Assembly (NCBI GenBank): GCA_030390025.1
Contig: JASTWF010000033.1
Span: 5,892,001 to 5,956,000 of the forward strand
Length of the DNA stretch: 64,000 nucleotides
Reading direction: 5' to 3'
Origin: Squalus acanthias
Taxonomy: Eukaryota
The stretch's first letter is position 1; every line of letters starts with the position of its first letter. Below are positions 10,901 to 25,900 of the stretch, in pieces. Under the pieces are notes generated by a model. It did not search any database. It was not told where the DNA came from and was given only the letters and a program-made list of their open reading frames with translations. Made by a program: the position numbers and the translations under genes.

Positions 10901-13900
10901 TATTCCCCGGTGTAGAGGATACCATGTTTAAATTAACAATTAATTGTAAATTTATTCACTGCTGTAGAGGATACCATGGGTAAATCAACAATTAACTGTA
11001 ACTTTATTCCGCGGTGTCGAGGATACCAAGTGTAAATTAACAATTAACTGTAACTTTATTCCCCGCTGTAAACGACACCATATGTAAATTAACAATTAAC
11101 TGTAACTTTATTCCCCGGTGTAAAGGATACCATAAGTAAATTAAAAATTACATAAAACTTTATTCCCGTGTGTAGAGGATACAATGAGTAAATTATAAAT
11201 TAACTGTAACTTTATTCCCCGGTGTAGAGGATACCAGGTGTAAATTAACAATTAACATTAACTTTATTCCCCGGTGTAGAGGAAACCATGTGTAAATTAA
11301 CAATCAACTGTAACTTTATTTCCCGGTGTAGTGGATACCATGTGTAAATTAACAATTAACTGTAACTTTATAGCCCGGTGTAGAGGACAAAATGTGTAAA
11401 TTAACAATTAACTGTAACTTTATTCCCCGGGGTAGAGGATACAGTGAGTAAATTGACAATTATCTGTTACTTTATTCCCCGGTGCAGAGGATACCAAGCG
11501 TAAATTAGCAATTAACCTTCATTTTATTCCATGGTGTAGAGGATACCAGGTGTAAATTAACAATTAATTGTAACTTTATTCACTGGTGCAGGGGAAACCA
11601 TTTGTAAATTAACAATTAACTGTAACTTTATTCCCCGGTATGGAGTATCCCATATGTAAATTGGCAATTAACTGAAACATTATTCCCCGGTGTAGTGGAC
11701 ACTATGTTTAAATTAACACTTAACTCTAACTTTATTCCGCGGTGTAGAGGTTACTATGTTTAAATTAACACTTAACTGTAACTTTATTCCGCGGTGTAGA
11801 GGATACCATGTGTAAATTAACAATTTACTGTAACTTTATTCCCCGGTGTAGTGGATACTATGTTTAAATTAACAATTAACTGTAACTTTATTCCCAAGTG
11901 CAGAGGATACCCTGTGTAAATTAACAATTAACTGTAACTTTATAGCCCGGTGTAGAGGATAAAATGTGTAAATTAACAATTAACTGTAACTTTATTCCCC
12001 GGGGTAGAGGATACAGTGAGTAAATTAACAATTAACCTTCATTTTATTCCATGGTGGAGAGGATACCGTGTGTAAATTAACAATTAACTGTAACTTTACT
12101 CACTGCTGTAGAGGATACCATGTGTAAATTAACAATTAACTGGAACTTTATTCACTGGTTCAGAGAATACCATCTGTAAATTAACAATGAACTGTAACTT
12201 TATTCCGCAGTGTAGAGGATACCATGTGTAAATTAATAATTAACTGGAACTTTATTCCCCGGTGTAAATGATACCGTATGTAAATTAACAATTATCTCTA
12301 ACTTTATTCCCCGGTGAAAGGATAACATATGTAAATTAACAATTAACTGTAACTTTATTCCAGGATGTAGAGGATACAAGGAGCAAATTAACAATTAACT
12401 GTAACTTTATTCCCCGGTGTAGAGGATACCAGCTGTAAATTAACAATTCATTGTAACTATATACACTGGTGCAGAGGAAACCATTTGTAAATTAACAATT
12501 AACTGTAACTTTACTCCCCGATACAGTGTATACCAGATGAAAATATACAATTAACTGTAACTTTATTCCCTACTGCAGAGGATACCATGTGTAAATTAAC
12601 AATTAACTGTAACTTTATTCCACGGTGTAAAGGATAACATATGTAAATTAACAATTAAATGTAACTTTATTCCCCGGTGTAAAGGATACCATATGTAAAT
12701 TAACAAATAACTGTAACTTTATTCACGGGTGTAGACGATACAATGAGTAAATTAACAATTAACTGTAAATTTATTCCCCGTGTAGAGGAGACCATGTTTA
12801 AATTAACAATTAACTGTAACTTTATTTCCTGGTGTAGAGGATTCCATGTTTAAATTAACAATTAACTGTAACTTTTTCCCCGTTGTAGAGGATACCATGT
12901 GTAAATTAACAAATAACTGTATCTTTATTTCCCTGTGCAGAGGATACCATATGTAAATTAACAATTAACTGTAATTTTATTCCCTGGTGTAGAGCATACA
13001 ATGTGAAAATTAACAATTAACTGTAACTTTATTCCCCGGTGTAGAGGATACCATGTGTAAATTAACAATTAACTGTAACTTTTTCCCCGGTGTAGAGGAT
13101 ACCATGTTTAAATTAACAATTAATTGTAAATTTATTCACTGCTGTAGAGGATACCATGAGTAAATCAACAATTAACTGTAACTTTATTCCGCGGTGTCGA
13201 GGATACCAAGTGTAAATTAACAATTAACTGTAACTTTATTCCCCGCTGTAAACGACACCATATTTAAATTAACAATTAACTGTAACTTTATTCCCCGGTG
13301 TAAAGGATACCATAAGTAAATTAAAAATTACATAAAACTTTATTCCCGTGTGTAGAGGATACAATGAGTAAATTATAAATTAACTGTAACTTTATTCCCC
13401 GGTGTAGAGGATACCAGGTGTAAATTAACAATTAACATTAACTTTATTCCCCGGTGTAGAGGATACCATGTGTAAATTAACAATTAACTGTAACTTTATT
13501 CCCCGGTGTGGAGGAAACCATGTGTAAATTAACAATCAACTGTAACTTTATTTCCCGGTGTAGTGGATACCATGTGTAAATTAACAATTAACTGTAACTT
13601 TATAGCCCGGTGTAGAGGACAAAATGTGTAAATTAACAATTAACTGTAACTTTATTCCCCGGGGTAGTGGATACAGTGAGTAAATTGACAATTATCTGTT
13701 ACTTTATTCCCCGGTGCAGAGGATACCAAGCGTAAATTAGCAATTAACCTTCATTTTATTCCATGGTGTAGAGGATACCAGGTGTAAATTAACAATTAAT
13801 TGTAACTTTATTCACTGGTGCAGGGGAAACCATTTGTAAATTAACAATTAACTGTAACTTTATTCCCCGGTATGGAGTATCCCATATGTAAATTGGCAAT

Positions 13901-16900
13901 TAACTGAAACATTATTCCCCGGTGTAGTGGACACTATGTTTACATTAACACTTAACTCTAACTTTATTCCGCGGTGTAGAGGTTACTATGTTTAAATTAA
14001 CACTTAACTGTAACTTTATTCCGCGGTGTAGAGGATACCATGTGTAAATTAACAATTTACTGTAACTTTATTCCCCGGTGTAGTGGATACTATGTTTAAA
14101 TTAACAATTAACTGTAACTTTATTCCCAAGTGCAGAGGATACCCTGTGTAAATTAACAATTAACTGTAACTTTATAGCCCGGTGTAGAGGATAAAATGTG
14201 TAAATTAACAATTAACTGTAACTTTATTCCCCGGGGTAGAGGATACAGTGAGTAAATTAACAATTAACCTTCATTTTATTCCATGGTGGAGAGGATACCG
14301 TGTGTAAATTAACAATTAACTGTAACTTTACTCACTGCTGTAGAGGATACCATGTGTAAATTAACAATTACTGGAACTTTATTCACTGGTTCAGAGAATA
14401 CCATCTGTAAATTAACAATGAACTGTAACTTTATTCCGCAGTGTAGAGGATACCATGTGTAAATTAATAATTAACTGGAACTTTATTCCCCGGTGTAAAT
14501 GATACCGTATGTAAATTAACAATTATCTCTAACTTTATTCCCCGGTGAAAGGATAACATATGTAAATTAACAATTAACTGTAACTTTATTCCAGGATGTA
14601 GAGGATACAAGGAGCAAATTAACAATTAACTGTAACTTTATTCCCCGGTGTAGAGGATACCAGCTGTAAATTAACAATTCATTGTAACTATATACACTGG
14701 TGCAGAGGAAACCATTTGTAAATTAACAATTAACTGTAACTTTACTCCCCGATACAGTGTATACCAGATGAAAATATACAATTAACTGTAACTTTATTCC
14801 CTACTGCAGAGGATACCATGTGTAAATTAACAATTAACTGTAACTTTATTCCACGGTGTAAAGGATAACATATGTAAATTAACAATTAAATGTAACTTTA
14901 TTCCCCGGTGTAAAGGATACCATATGTAAATTAACAAATAACTGTAACTTTATTCACGGGTGTAGACGATACAATGAGTAAATTAACAATTAACTGTAAA
15001 TTTATTCCCCGTGTAGAGGAGACCATGTTTAAATTAACAATTAACTGTAACTTTATTTCCTGGTGTAGAGGATTCCATGTTTAAATTAACAATTAACTGT
15101 AACTTTTTCCCCGTTGTAGAGGATACCATGTGTAAATTAACAAATAACTGTATCTTTATTTCCCTGTGCAGAGGATACCATATGTAAATTAACAATTAAC
15201 TGTAATTTTATTCCCTGGTGTAGAGCATACAATGTGAAAATTAACAATTAACTGTAACTTTATTCCCCGGTGTAGAGGATACCATGTGTAAATTAACAAT
15301 TAACTGTAACTTTTTCCCCGGTGTAGAGGATACCATGTTTAAATTAACAATTAATTGTAAATTTATTCACTGCTGTAGAGGATACCATGAGTAAATCAAC
15401 AATTAACTGTAACTTTATTCCGCGGTGTCGAGGATACCAAGTGTAAATTAACAATTAACTGTAACTTTATTCCCCGCTGTAAACGACACCATATTTAAAT
15501 TAACAATTAACTGTAACTTTATTCCCCGGTGTAAAGGATACCATAAGTAAATTAAAAATTACATAAAACTTTATTCCCGTGTGTAGAGGATACAATGAGT
15601 AAATTATAAATTAACTGTAACTTTATTCCCCGGTGTAGAGGATACCAGGTGTAAATTAACAATTAACATTAACTTTATTCCCCGGTGTAGAGGATACCAT
15701 GTGTAAATTAACAATTAACTGTAACTTTATTCCCCGGTGTGGAGGAAACCATGTGTAAATTAACAATCAACTGTAACTTTATTTCCCGGTGTAGAGGATA
15801 CCATGTGTAAATTAACAATTAACTGTAACTTTATAGCCCGGTGTAGAGGACAAAATGTGTAAATTAACAATTAACTGTAACTTTATTCCCCGGGGTAGTG
15901 GATACAGTGAGTAAATTGACAATTATCTGTTACTTTATTCCCCGGTGCAGAGGATACCAAGCGTAAATTAGCAATTAACCTTCATTTTATTCCATGGTGT
16001 AGAGGATACCAGGTGTAAATTAACAATTAATTGTAACTTTATTCACTGGTGCAGGGGAAACCATTTGTAAATTAACAATTAACTGTAACTTTATTCCCCG
16101 GTATGGAGTATCCCATATGTAAATTGGCAATTAACTGAAACATTATTCCCCGGTGTAGTGGACACTATGTTTACATTAACACTTAACTCTAACTTTATTC
16201 CGCGGTGTAGAGGTTACTATGTTTAAATTAACACTTAACTGTAACTTTATTCTGCGGTGTAGAGGATACCATGTGTAAATTAACAATTTACTGTAACTTT
16301 ATTCCCCGGTGTAGTGGATACTATGTTTAAATTAACAATTAACTGTAACTTTATTCCCAAGTGCAGAGGATACCCTGTGTAAATTAACAATTAACTGTAA
16401 CTTTATAGCCCGGTGTAGAGGATAAAATGTGTAAATTAACAATTAACTGTAACTTTATTCCCCGGGGTAGAGGATACAGTGACTAAATTAACAATTAACC
16501 TTCATTTTATTCCATGGTGGAGAGGATACCGTGTGTAAATTAACAATTAACTGTAACTTTACTCACTGCTGTAGAGGATACCATGTGTAAATTAACAATG
16601 AACTGGAACTTTATTCACTGGTTCAGAGAATACAACCTGTAAATTAACAATGAACTGTAACTTTATTCCGCAGTGTAGAGGATACCATGTGTAAATTAAG
16701 AATTAACTGGAACTTTATTCCCCGGTGTAAATGATACCGTATGTAAATTAACAATTATCTCTAACTTTATTCCCCGGTGAAAGGATAACATATGTAAATT
16801 AACAATTAACTGTAACTTTATTCCAGGATGTAGAGGATACAAGGAGCAAATTAACAATTAACTGTAACTTTATTCCCCGGTGTAGAGGATACCAGCTGTA

Positions 16901-19900
16901 AATTAACAATTCATTGTAACTATATTCACTGGTGCAGAGGAAACCATTTGTAAATTAACAATTAACTGTAACTTTACTCCCCGATACAGTGTATACCATA
17001 TGAAAATATACAATTAACTGTAACTTTATTCCCTACTGCAGAGGATACCATGTGTAAATTAACAATTAACTGTAACTTTATTCCACGGTGTAAAGGATAC
17101 CATATGTAAATTAACAATTAAATGTAACTTTATTCCCCGGTGTAAAGGATACCATATGTAAATTAACAAATAACTGTAACTTTATTCACGGGTGTAGACG
17201 ATACAATGAGTAAATTAACAATTAACTGTAAATTTATTCCCCGTGTAGAGGAGACCATGTTTAAATTAACAATTAACTGTAACTTTATTTCCTGGTGTAG
17301 AGGATTCCATGTTTAAATTAACAATTAACTGTAAATTTATTCACTGCTGTAGAGGATACCGTGTGTTAAGTACAGATAACTGCATCGTTATTCCCCGGTG
17401 TAGAGGATGCCATGCGTAAATTAACAATTAACTGTAACTTTATTCCCTGGTGCAGAGGATACCATGTTTAAATTTACTATTAACTGTAACTTTATTTCCT
17501 GGTGTAGAGTGTACAATCTGTAAATTAACAATTAACTGTAACTTTATTCCTCGGTGCAGAGGATACCATATGTAAATTAACAATTATCTGTAAATTTATT
17601 CCTTGGTGCAGAGGACACCATGAGTAGAATAACAATTAACTGTAACTTTACTCCCAGGTGTAGAGGATACCATGTGTAAATTAACAATTATCTGTAACTT
17701 TATTCCCCGTTGTAGAGGATACCATGTGTAAGTTAACAATTATCTGTTACTTTATTCACTGCTGTCGAGGATACCATGTGTAAATTAACAAGTAACTGTA
17801 ACTTTATTCCCCGGTGTAGAGGATACAATATGTAAATTAACAATAAAGTGTAACTTTATCCCCCCGGTGTAGAGGATATCCATATGTAAATTAACAATTA
17901 ACTGTAATTTATTCCCCAGTGTAGAGGATACCATGTGTAAATTAACAATTTTCAGTTACTTTATTCACTGCTGAAGAGGATACTTTCTATTAATTAACAA
18001 ATTTATTACCCGGTGTACAGGATACCATGCGTAAATTTACAATTAACCTTCAATTTATTACCTGGTGTAGAGGATACAATGTGTAAATTAACAATTAACT
18101 GTAACTTTACTCACTACTGTAGAGGATACTTTGTATTAATTAACAGATAACTGTAAATTTATTCCCCGGTGTAGAGGATACAATATGTATATTACATTTT
18201 AACTGTAACTTTTTTCCCCGGTGTAGAGAATACGATGTGTAAATTAACAATTAACTGTAACTTTATTCACCAGTGTAGAGGACACCATGTGTAAATTAAC
18301 ATTTAACTGTAACATTATTCCCCGGTGCAGAGGATACCATGTGCAAATTAACAATTAACTGTAACTTTATTCCCTTGTGTGGAGGATACCATGTGTTAAT
18401 TAACAATTTTCAGTTACTTTATTCACTGCTGTAGAGGACACCATATGTAAATTAACATTTAACTGTAACTTTATTCACTGGTGTGGAGGAAACCATGTGT
18501 TAATTAACAGTTAACTGCAACTTTATTCCCCGGTGTAGCGGATACCTAGTGGAAATTAACAATTAACCGTAACTTTATTCCCCGGTGCAGAGGATACAAT
18601 GTGTAAATTAACATTTAAATGTAACTTTTTTCCCCGGTGCAGAGGATACCATGTGTAAATTAACAATTAACTGTAACTTTCTTCCCTGCTGTAGAGGATA
18701 CCATGTGCTAATTAACAGTTAACTGCAACTTTATTCCCTGGTGCAGAGTATACCATTTGTAAATTAACAACTAACTGTAACTTTATTCCCCGGTGGAGTG
18801 GATACAATGTTTAAATTAACAATTAACTGAAACTTTTTCCCCGGTGTAGAGGATACCATGTGTAAATTAACAATTAACTGTAACTATTTCGCTGCTGTAG
18901 TGGATACAATATGTAAATTATCAATTAACTGTAACTTTTTTCCACGGTGCAGAGGATACAGTGTGTAAATTAACAATTAACTGTTACTTTATTCCCCGGT
19001 GTAGAGGATACCATGTGTAAATTAACAAATAACTGTAACTTTATTCTCCGGTGTAGTGGATACTATGTTTAAATTAACAATTAACTGTAACTTTATTCCC
19101 AAGTGTAGAGGATTCCATGTGTAGATTAACAATTAACTTTAACTTTATTCCCTGGTGTAGCGGATGCCATGTGTAAATGAACACTTAAATGTAACTTTAT
19201 TCAATGCTGTAGAGGATACCATGTGTAAATTAACAATTATTTGTTATTTCTTTCCCCGGTGTACAGGATACCATGCGAAAATTAACAAGAAACCTTCAAT
19301 TTATTACCTGGTGTAGAGGATACCATGTGTAAATTAACAATTAACTGTAACTTTACTCACTACTGTAGAGGATACTTTGTATTAATTAACAGATAACTGT
19401 AAATTTATTCCCCGGTGTAGAGGATACAGTATGTATATTAACATTTAACTGTAACTTTATTCCCCGGTGTAGAGGACACCATGTGTAAATTAACAATTAA
19501 CTGTTACTTTATTCCTCGGTGTAGAGGATACCATGCGTAAATGCACAAATAACTGTAACTTTATCCCCTAGTGTAGAAGATACCATGTGTAAATTAACAA
19601 TTATCTGTTACTTTATTCCTGGTGTACAGGATACCATTCGTAAATTAATAATTAGCCATCAATTTAATCCCTGGTGTAGGGGACACCATGTGCAAATTAA
19701 CAATTAACTGTAACTTTATTCCACGGTGTAGAGGATACCATATGTAAATTAACAACTATCTGTTACTTTATTCCCCAGTGTAGAGGATACCGTGTGTAAA
19801 TTAACAATTACCTGTAACTTTATTCACTGCTGTGGAGGATAGCATGTGAAAATTAACAACTATCTGTTACTTTATTCCCCAGTGTAGAGGATACCGTATG

Positions 19901-22900
19901 TAAATTAACAATTACCTGTAACTTTATTCACTGCTGTGGAGGATAGCATGTGTAAAAGAACAATTAACTGTAACTTGATTAACTGTTGTAGGGGATACCA
20001 TGTGCAAATTAGCAATTATCTGTTACTTTATTCCCCGGTGTAGAGGATACCGTGTGTAAATTAACAATTAACGGTAACTTTATTCACTGCTGTGGAGGAT
20101 AGCATGTGTAAAAGAACAATTAACTGTAACTTGATTAACTGCTGTAGGGGATACAATGTGTAAATTAGCAATTAACTGTAACTTTATTCACTGCTGTGGA
20201 GGATACCATGTGTAAATTAACAACTTACTGTAACTTAATTCCCCGGTGTAGTGGATACAATGTTTAAATTAACAATTAACTGTAACTTTTTCCCCGTTGT
20301 AGAGGATACCATGTGTAAATTAACAAATAACTGTATCTTTATTTCCCTGTGCAGAGGATACCATATGTAAATTAACAATTAACTGTAATTTTATTCCCTG
20401 GTGTAGAGCATACAATGTGAAAATTAACAATTAACTGTAACTTTATTCCCCGGTGTAGAGGATACCATGTTTAAATTAACAATTAATTGTAAATTTATTC
20501 ACTGCTGTAGAGGATACCATATGTAAATTAACAATTAACTGTAACTTTATTCCCCGGTGTAGAGGATACCATGAGTAAATTAACAATTAACTGTAACTTT
20601 ATTCCCCGCTGTAAACGACACCATATGTAAATTAACAATTAACTGTAACTTTATTCCCCGGTGTAAAGGATACCATAAGTAAATTAAAAATTACATAAAA
20701 CTTTATTCCCGTGTGTAGAGGATACAATGAGTAAATTATAAATTAACTGTAACTTTATTCCCCGGTGTAGAGGATACCAGGTGTAAATTAACAATTAACA
20801 TTAACTTTATTCCCCGGTGTAGAGGAAACCATATGTAAATTAACAATCAACTGTAACTTTATTTCCCGGTGTAGTGGATACCATGTGTAAATTAACAATT
20901 AACTGTAACTTTATAGCCCGGTGTAGAGGACAAAATGTGTAAATTAACAATTAACTGTAACTTTATTCCCCGGGGTAGAGGATACAGTGAGTAAATTGAC
21001 AATTATCTGTTACTTTATTCCCCGGTGCAGAGGATACCAAGCGTAAATTAGCAATTAACCTTCATTTTATTCCATGGTGTAGAGGATACCAGGTGTAAAT
21101 TAACAATTAATTGTAACTTTATTCACTGGTGCAGGGGAAACCATTTGTAAATTAACAATTAACTGTAACTTTATTCCCCGGTATGGAGTATCCCATATGT
21201 AAATTGGCAATTAACTGAAACATTATTCCCCGGTGTAGTGGACACTATGTTTAAATTAACACTTAACTCTAACTTTATTCCGCGGTGTAGAGGTTACTAT
21301 GTTTAAATTAACACTTAACTGTAACTTTATTCCGCGGTGTAGAGGATACTATGTTTAAATTAACAATTAACTGTAACTTTATTCCCAAGTGTAGAGGATT
21401 CCATGTGTAGATTAACAATTAACTTTAACTTTATTCCCTGGTGTAGCGGATGCCATGTGTAAATGAACATTAAATGTAACTTTATTCAATGCTGTAGAGG
21501 ATACCATGTGTAAATTAACAATTATTTGTTATTTCTTTCCCCGGTGTACAGGATACCATGCGAAAATTAACAAGAAACCTTCAATTTATTACCTGGTGTA
21601 GAGGATACCATGTGTAAATTAACAATTAACTGTAGCTTTACTCACTACTGTAGAGGATACTTTGTATTAATTAACAGATAACTGTAAATTTATTCCCCGG
21701 TGTAGAGGATACAGTATGTATATTACATTTAACTGTAACTTTATTCCCCGGTGTAGAGGACACCATGTGTAAATTAACAATTAACTGTTACTTTATTCCC
21801 CGGTGTAGAGGATACCATGCGTAAATGCACAAATAACTGTAACTTTATTCCCTAGTGTAGAAGATACCATGTGTAAATTAACAATTATCTGTTACTTTAT
21901 TCCTGGTGTACAGGATACCATTCGTAAATTAATAATTAGCCATCAATTTAATCCCTGGTGTAGGGGACACCATGTGCAAATTAACAATTAACTGTAACTT
22001 TATTCCACGGTGTAGAGGATACCATATGTAAATTAACAACTATCTGTTACTTTTTTCCCCAGTGTAGAGGATACCGTGTGTAAATTAACAATTACCTGCA
22101 ACTTTATTCACTGCTGTGGAGGATAGCATGTGTAAATTAACAACTATCTGTTACTTTATTCCCCAGTGTAGAGGATACCGTATGTAAATTAACAATTACC
22201 TGTAACTTTATTCACTGCTGTGGAGGATAGCATGTGTAAAAGAACAATTAACTGTAACTTGATTAACTGTTGTAGGGGATACCATGTGTAAATTAGCAAT
22301 TATCTGTTACTTTATTCCCCGGTGTAGAGGATACCGTGTGTAAATTAACAATTAACGGTAACTTTATTCACTGCTGTGGAGGATAGCATGTGTAAAAGAA
22401 CAATTAACTGTAACTTGATTAACTGCTGTAGGGGATACAATGTGTAAATTAGCAATTAACTGTAACTTCATTCACTGGTGCAGAGGATAGCATGTATAAA
22501 TGAACAATTAACTGTAACTTTATTAACCGGTGTAGAGAATACCATGTGTAAATTAAAATTTAACAGTAACTTTTGTTCCTTGTGTGGAGGATACCATGTG
22601 TAAATTAACAACTTACTGTAACTTAATTCCCCGGTGTAGTGGATACAATGTTTAAATTCACAATTAACTGTAACTTTTTCCCCGTTGTAGAGGATACCAT
22701 GTGTAAATTAACAAATAACTGTATCTTTATTTCCCTGTGCAGAGGATACCATATGTAAATTAACAATTAACTGTAATTTTATTCCCTGGTGTAGAGCATA
22801 CAATGTGAAAATTAACAATTAACTGTAACTTTATTCCCCGGTGTAGAGGATACCATGTTTAAATTAACAATTAATTGTAAATTTATTCACTGCTGTAGAG

Positions 22901-25900
22901 GATACCATGAGTAAATCAACAATTAACTGTAACTTTATTCCGCGGTGTCGAGGATACCAAGTGTAAATTAACAATTAACTGTAACTTTATTCCCCGCTGT
23001 AAACGACACCATATGTAAATTAACAATTAACTGTAACTTTATTCCCCGGTGTAAAGGATACCATAAGTAAATTAAACATTACATAAAACTTTATTCCCGT
23101 GTGTAGAGGATACAATGAGTAAATTATAAATTAACTGTAACTTTATTCCCCGGTGTAGAGGATACCAGGTGTAAATTAACAATTAACATTAACTTTATTC
23201 CCCGGTGTAGAGGAAACCATGTGTAAAGTAACAATCAACTGTAACTTTATTTCCCGGTGTAGTGGATACCATGTGTAAATTAACAATTAACTGTAACTTT
23301 ATAGCCCGGTGTAGAGGACAAAATGTGTAAATTAACAATTAACTGTAACTTTATTCCCCGGGGTAGAGGATACAGTGAGTAAATTGACAATTATCTGTTA
23401 CTTTATTCCCCGGTGCAGAGGATACCAAGCGTAAATTAGCAATTAACCTTCATTTTATTCCATGGTGTAGAGGATACCAGGTGTAAATTAACAATTAATT
23501 GTAACTTTATTCACTGGTGCAGGGGAAACCATTTGTAAATTAACAATTAACTGTAACTTTATTCCCCGGTATGGAGTATCCCATATGTAAATTGGCAATT
23601 AACTGAAACATTATTCCCCGGTGTAGTGGACACTATGTTTAAATTAACACTTAACTCTAACTTTATTCCGCGGTGTAGAGGTTACTATGTTTAAATTAAC
23701 AATTTACTGTAACTTTATTCCCCGGTGTAGTGGATACTATGTTTAAATTAACAATTAACTGTAACTTTATTCCCAAGTGCAGAGGATACCCTGTGTAAAT
23801 TAACAATTAACTGTAACTTTATAGCCCGGTGTAGAGGATAAAATGTGTAAATTAACAATTAACTGTAACTTTATTCCCCGGGGTAGAGGATACAGTGAGT
23901 AAATTAACAATTAACCTTCATTTTATTCCATGGTGGAGAGGATACCGTGTGTAAATTAACAATTAACTGTAACTTTACTCACTGCTGTAGAGGATACCAT
24001 GTGTAAATTAACAATTAACTGGAACTTTATTCATTGGTTCAGAGAATACCATCTGTAAATTAACAATGAACTGTAACTTTATTCCGCAGTGTAGAGGATA
24101 CCATGTGTAAATTAACAATTAACTGGAACTTTATTCCCCGGTGTAAATGATACCGTATGTAAATTAACAATTATCTCTAACTTTATTCCCCGGTGAAAGG
24201 ATAACATATGTAAATTAACAATTAACTGTAACTTTATTCCAGGATGTAGAGGATACAAGGAGCAAATTAACAATTAACTGTAACTTTATTCCCCGGTGTA
24301 GAGGATACCAGCTGTAAATTAATAATTCATTGTAACTATATTCACTGGTGCAGAGGAAACCATTTGTAAATTAACAACTAACTGTAACTTTACTCCCCGA
24401 TACAGTGTATACCATATGAAAATACACAATTAACTGTAACTTTATTCCCTACTGCAGAGGATACCATGTGTAAATTAACAATTAACTGTAACTTTATTCC
24501 ACGGTGTAAAGGATACCATATGTAAATTAACAATTAAATGTAACTTTATTCCCCGGTGTAAAGGATACCATATGTAAATTAACAAATAACTGTAACTTTA
24601 TTCACGGGTGTAGACGATACAATGAGTAAATTAACAATTAACTGTAAATTTATTCCCCGTGTAGAGGAGACCATGTTTAAATTAACAATTAACTGTAACT
24701 TTATTTCCTGGTGTAGAGGATTCCATGTTTAAATTAACAATTAACTGTAACTTTTTCCCCGTTGTAGAGGATACCATGTGTAAATTAACAAATAACTGTA
24801 TCTTTATTTCCCTGTGCAGAGGATACCATATGTAAATTAACAATTAACTGTAATTTTATTCCCTGGTGTAGAGGATACAATGTGAAAATTAACAATTAAC
24901 TGTAACTTTATTCCCCGGTGTAGAGGATACCATGTGTAAATTAACAATTAACTGTAACTTTTTCCCCGGTGTAGAGGATACCATGTTTAAATTAACAATT
25001 TATTGTAAATTTATTCACTGCTGTAGAGGATACCATGAGTAAATCAACAATTAACTGTAACTTTATTCCGCGGTGTCGAGGATACCAAGTGTAAATTAAC
25101 AATTAACTGTAAATTTATTCCCCGTGTAGAGGAGACCATGTTTAAATTAACAATTAACTGTAACTTTATTTCCTGGTGTAGAGGATACCATGTTTAAATT
25201 AACAATTAACTGTAAATTTATTCACTGCTGTAGAGGATACCATGTGTTAAGTACAGTTAACTGCATCGTTATTCCCCGGTGTAGAGGATGCCATGCGTAA
25301 ATTAACAATTAACTGTAACTTTATTCCCTGGTGCAGAGGATATCATGTTTAAATTAACAATTAACTGTAACTTTATTCCCTGGTGCAGAGGATATCATGT
25401 GTAAATTAACAATTAACTGTAACATTATTCGCTGGTGTAGAGGATACCATGTGTAAATTAACTATTAACTTGTAACTTTATTTCCCGGTGTAGAATACCA
25501 TGTGTAAATTAACAATTAACTGCAACTTTATTCCCCGGTGTAGAGGATACCATGTGTAAATTAACTATTAACTTGCAACTTTATTTCCCGGTGTAGAGGA
25601 TACCATGTGTAAATTAACAATTAACTGTAACTTTATTGCCCGGTGTAGAGGATACCATGTGTAAATTAACAATTAACTGTAACTTTATTGCCCGGTGTAG
25701 AGGATACCATGTGTAAATTAACAATTAACTGTAACTTTATTCCCCAGTGTAGAGGATAAAATGAGGAACTTAACAATTAACGGTAAATTTATTCCCCAGT
25801 GTAGAGGATACAGTGAGTAAATTAACAAATAACTGTAAATTTATTCCCCAGTGTAGAGGATACCAGGTGTAAATTAACAATTAATTGTAACTTTATTCAC

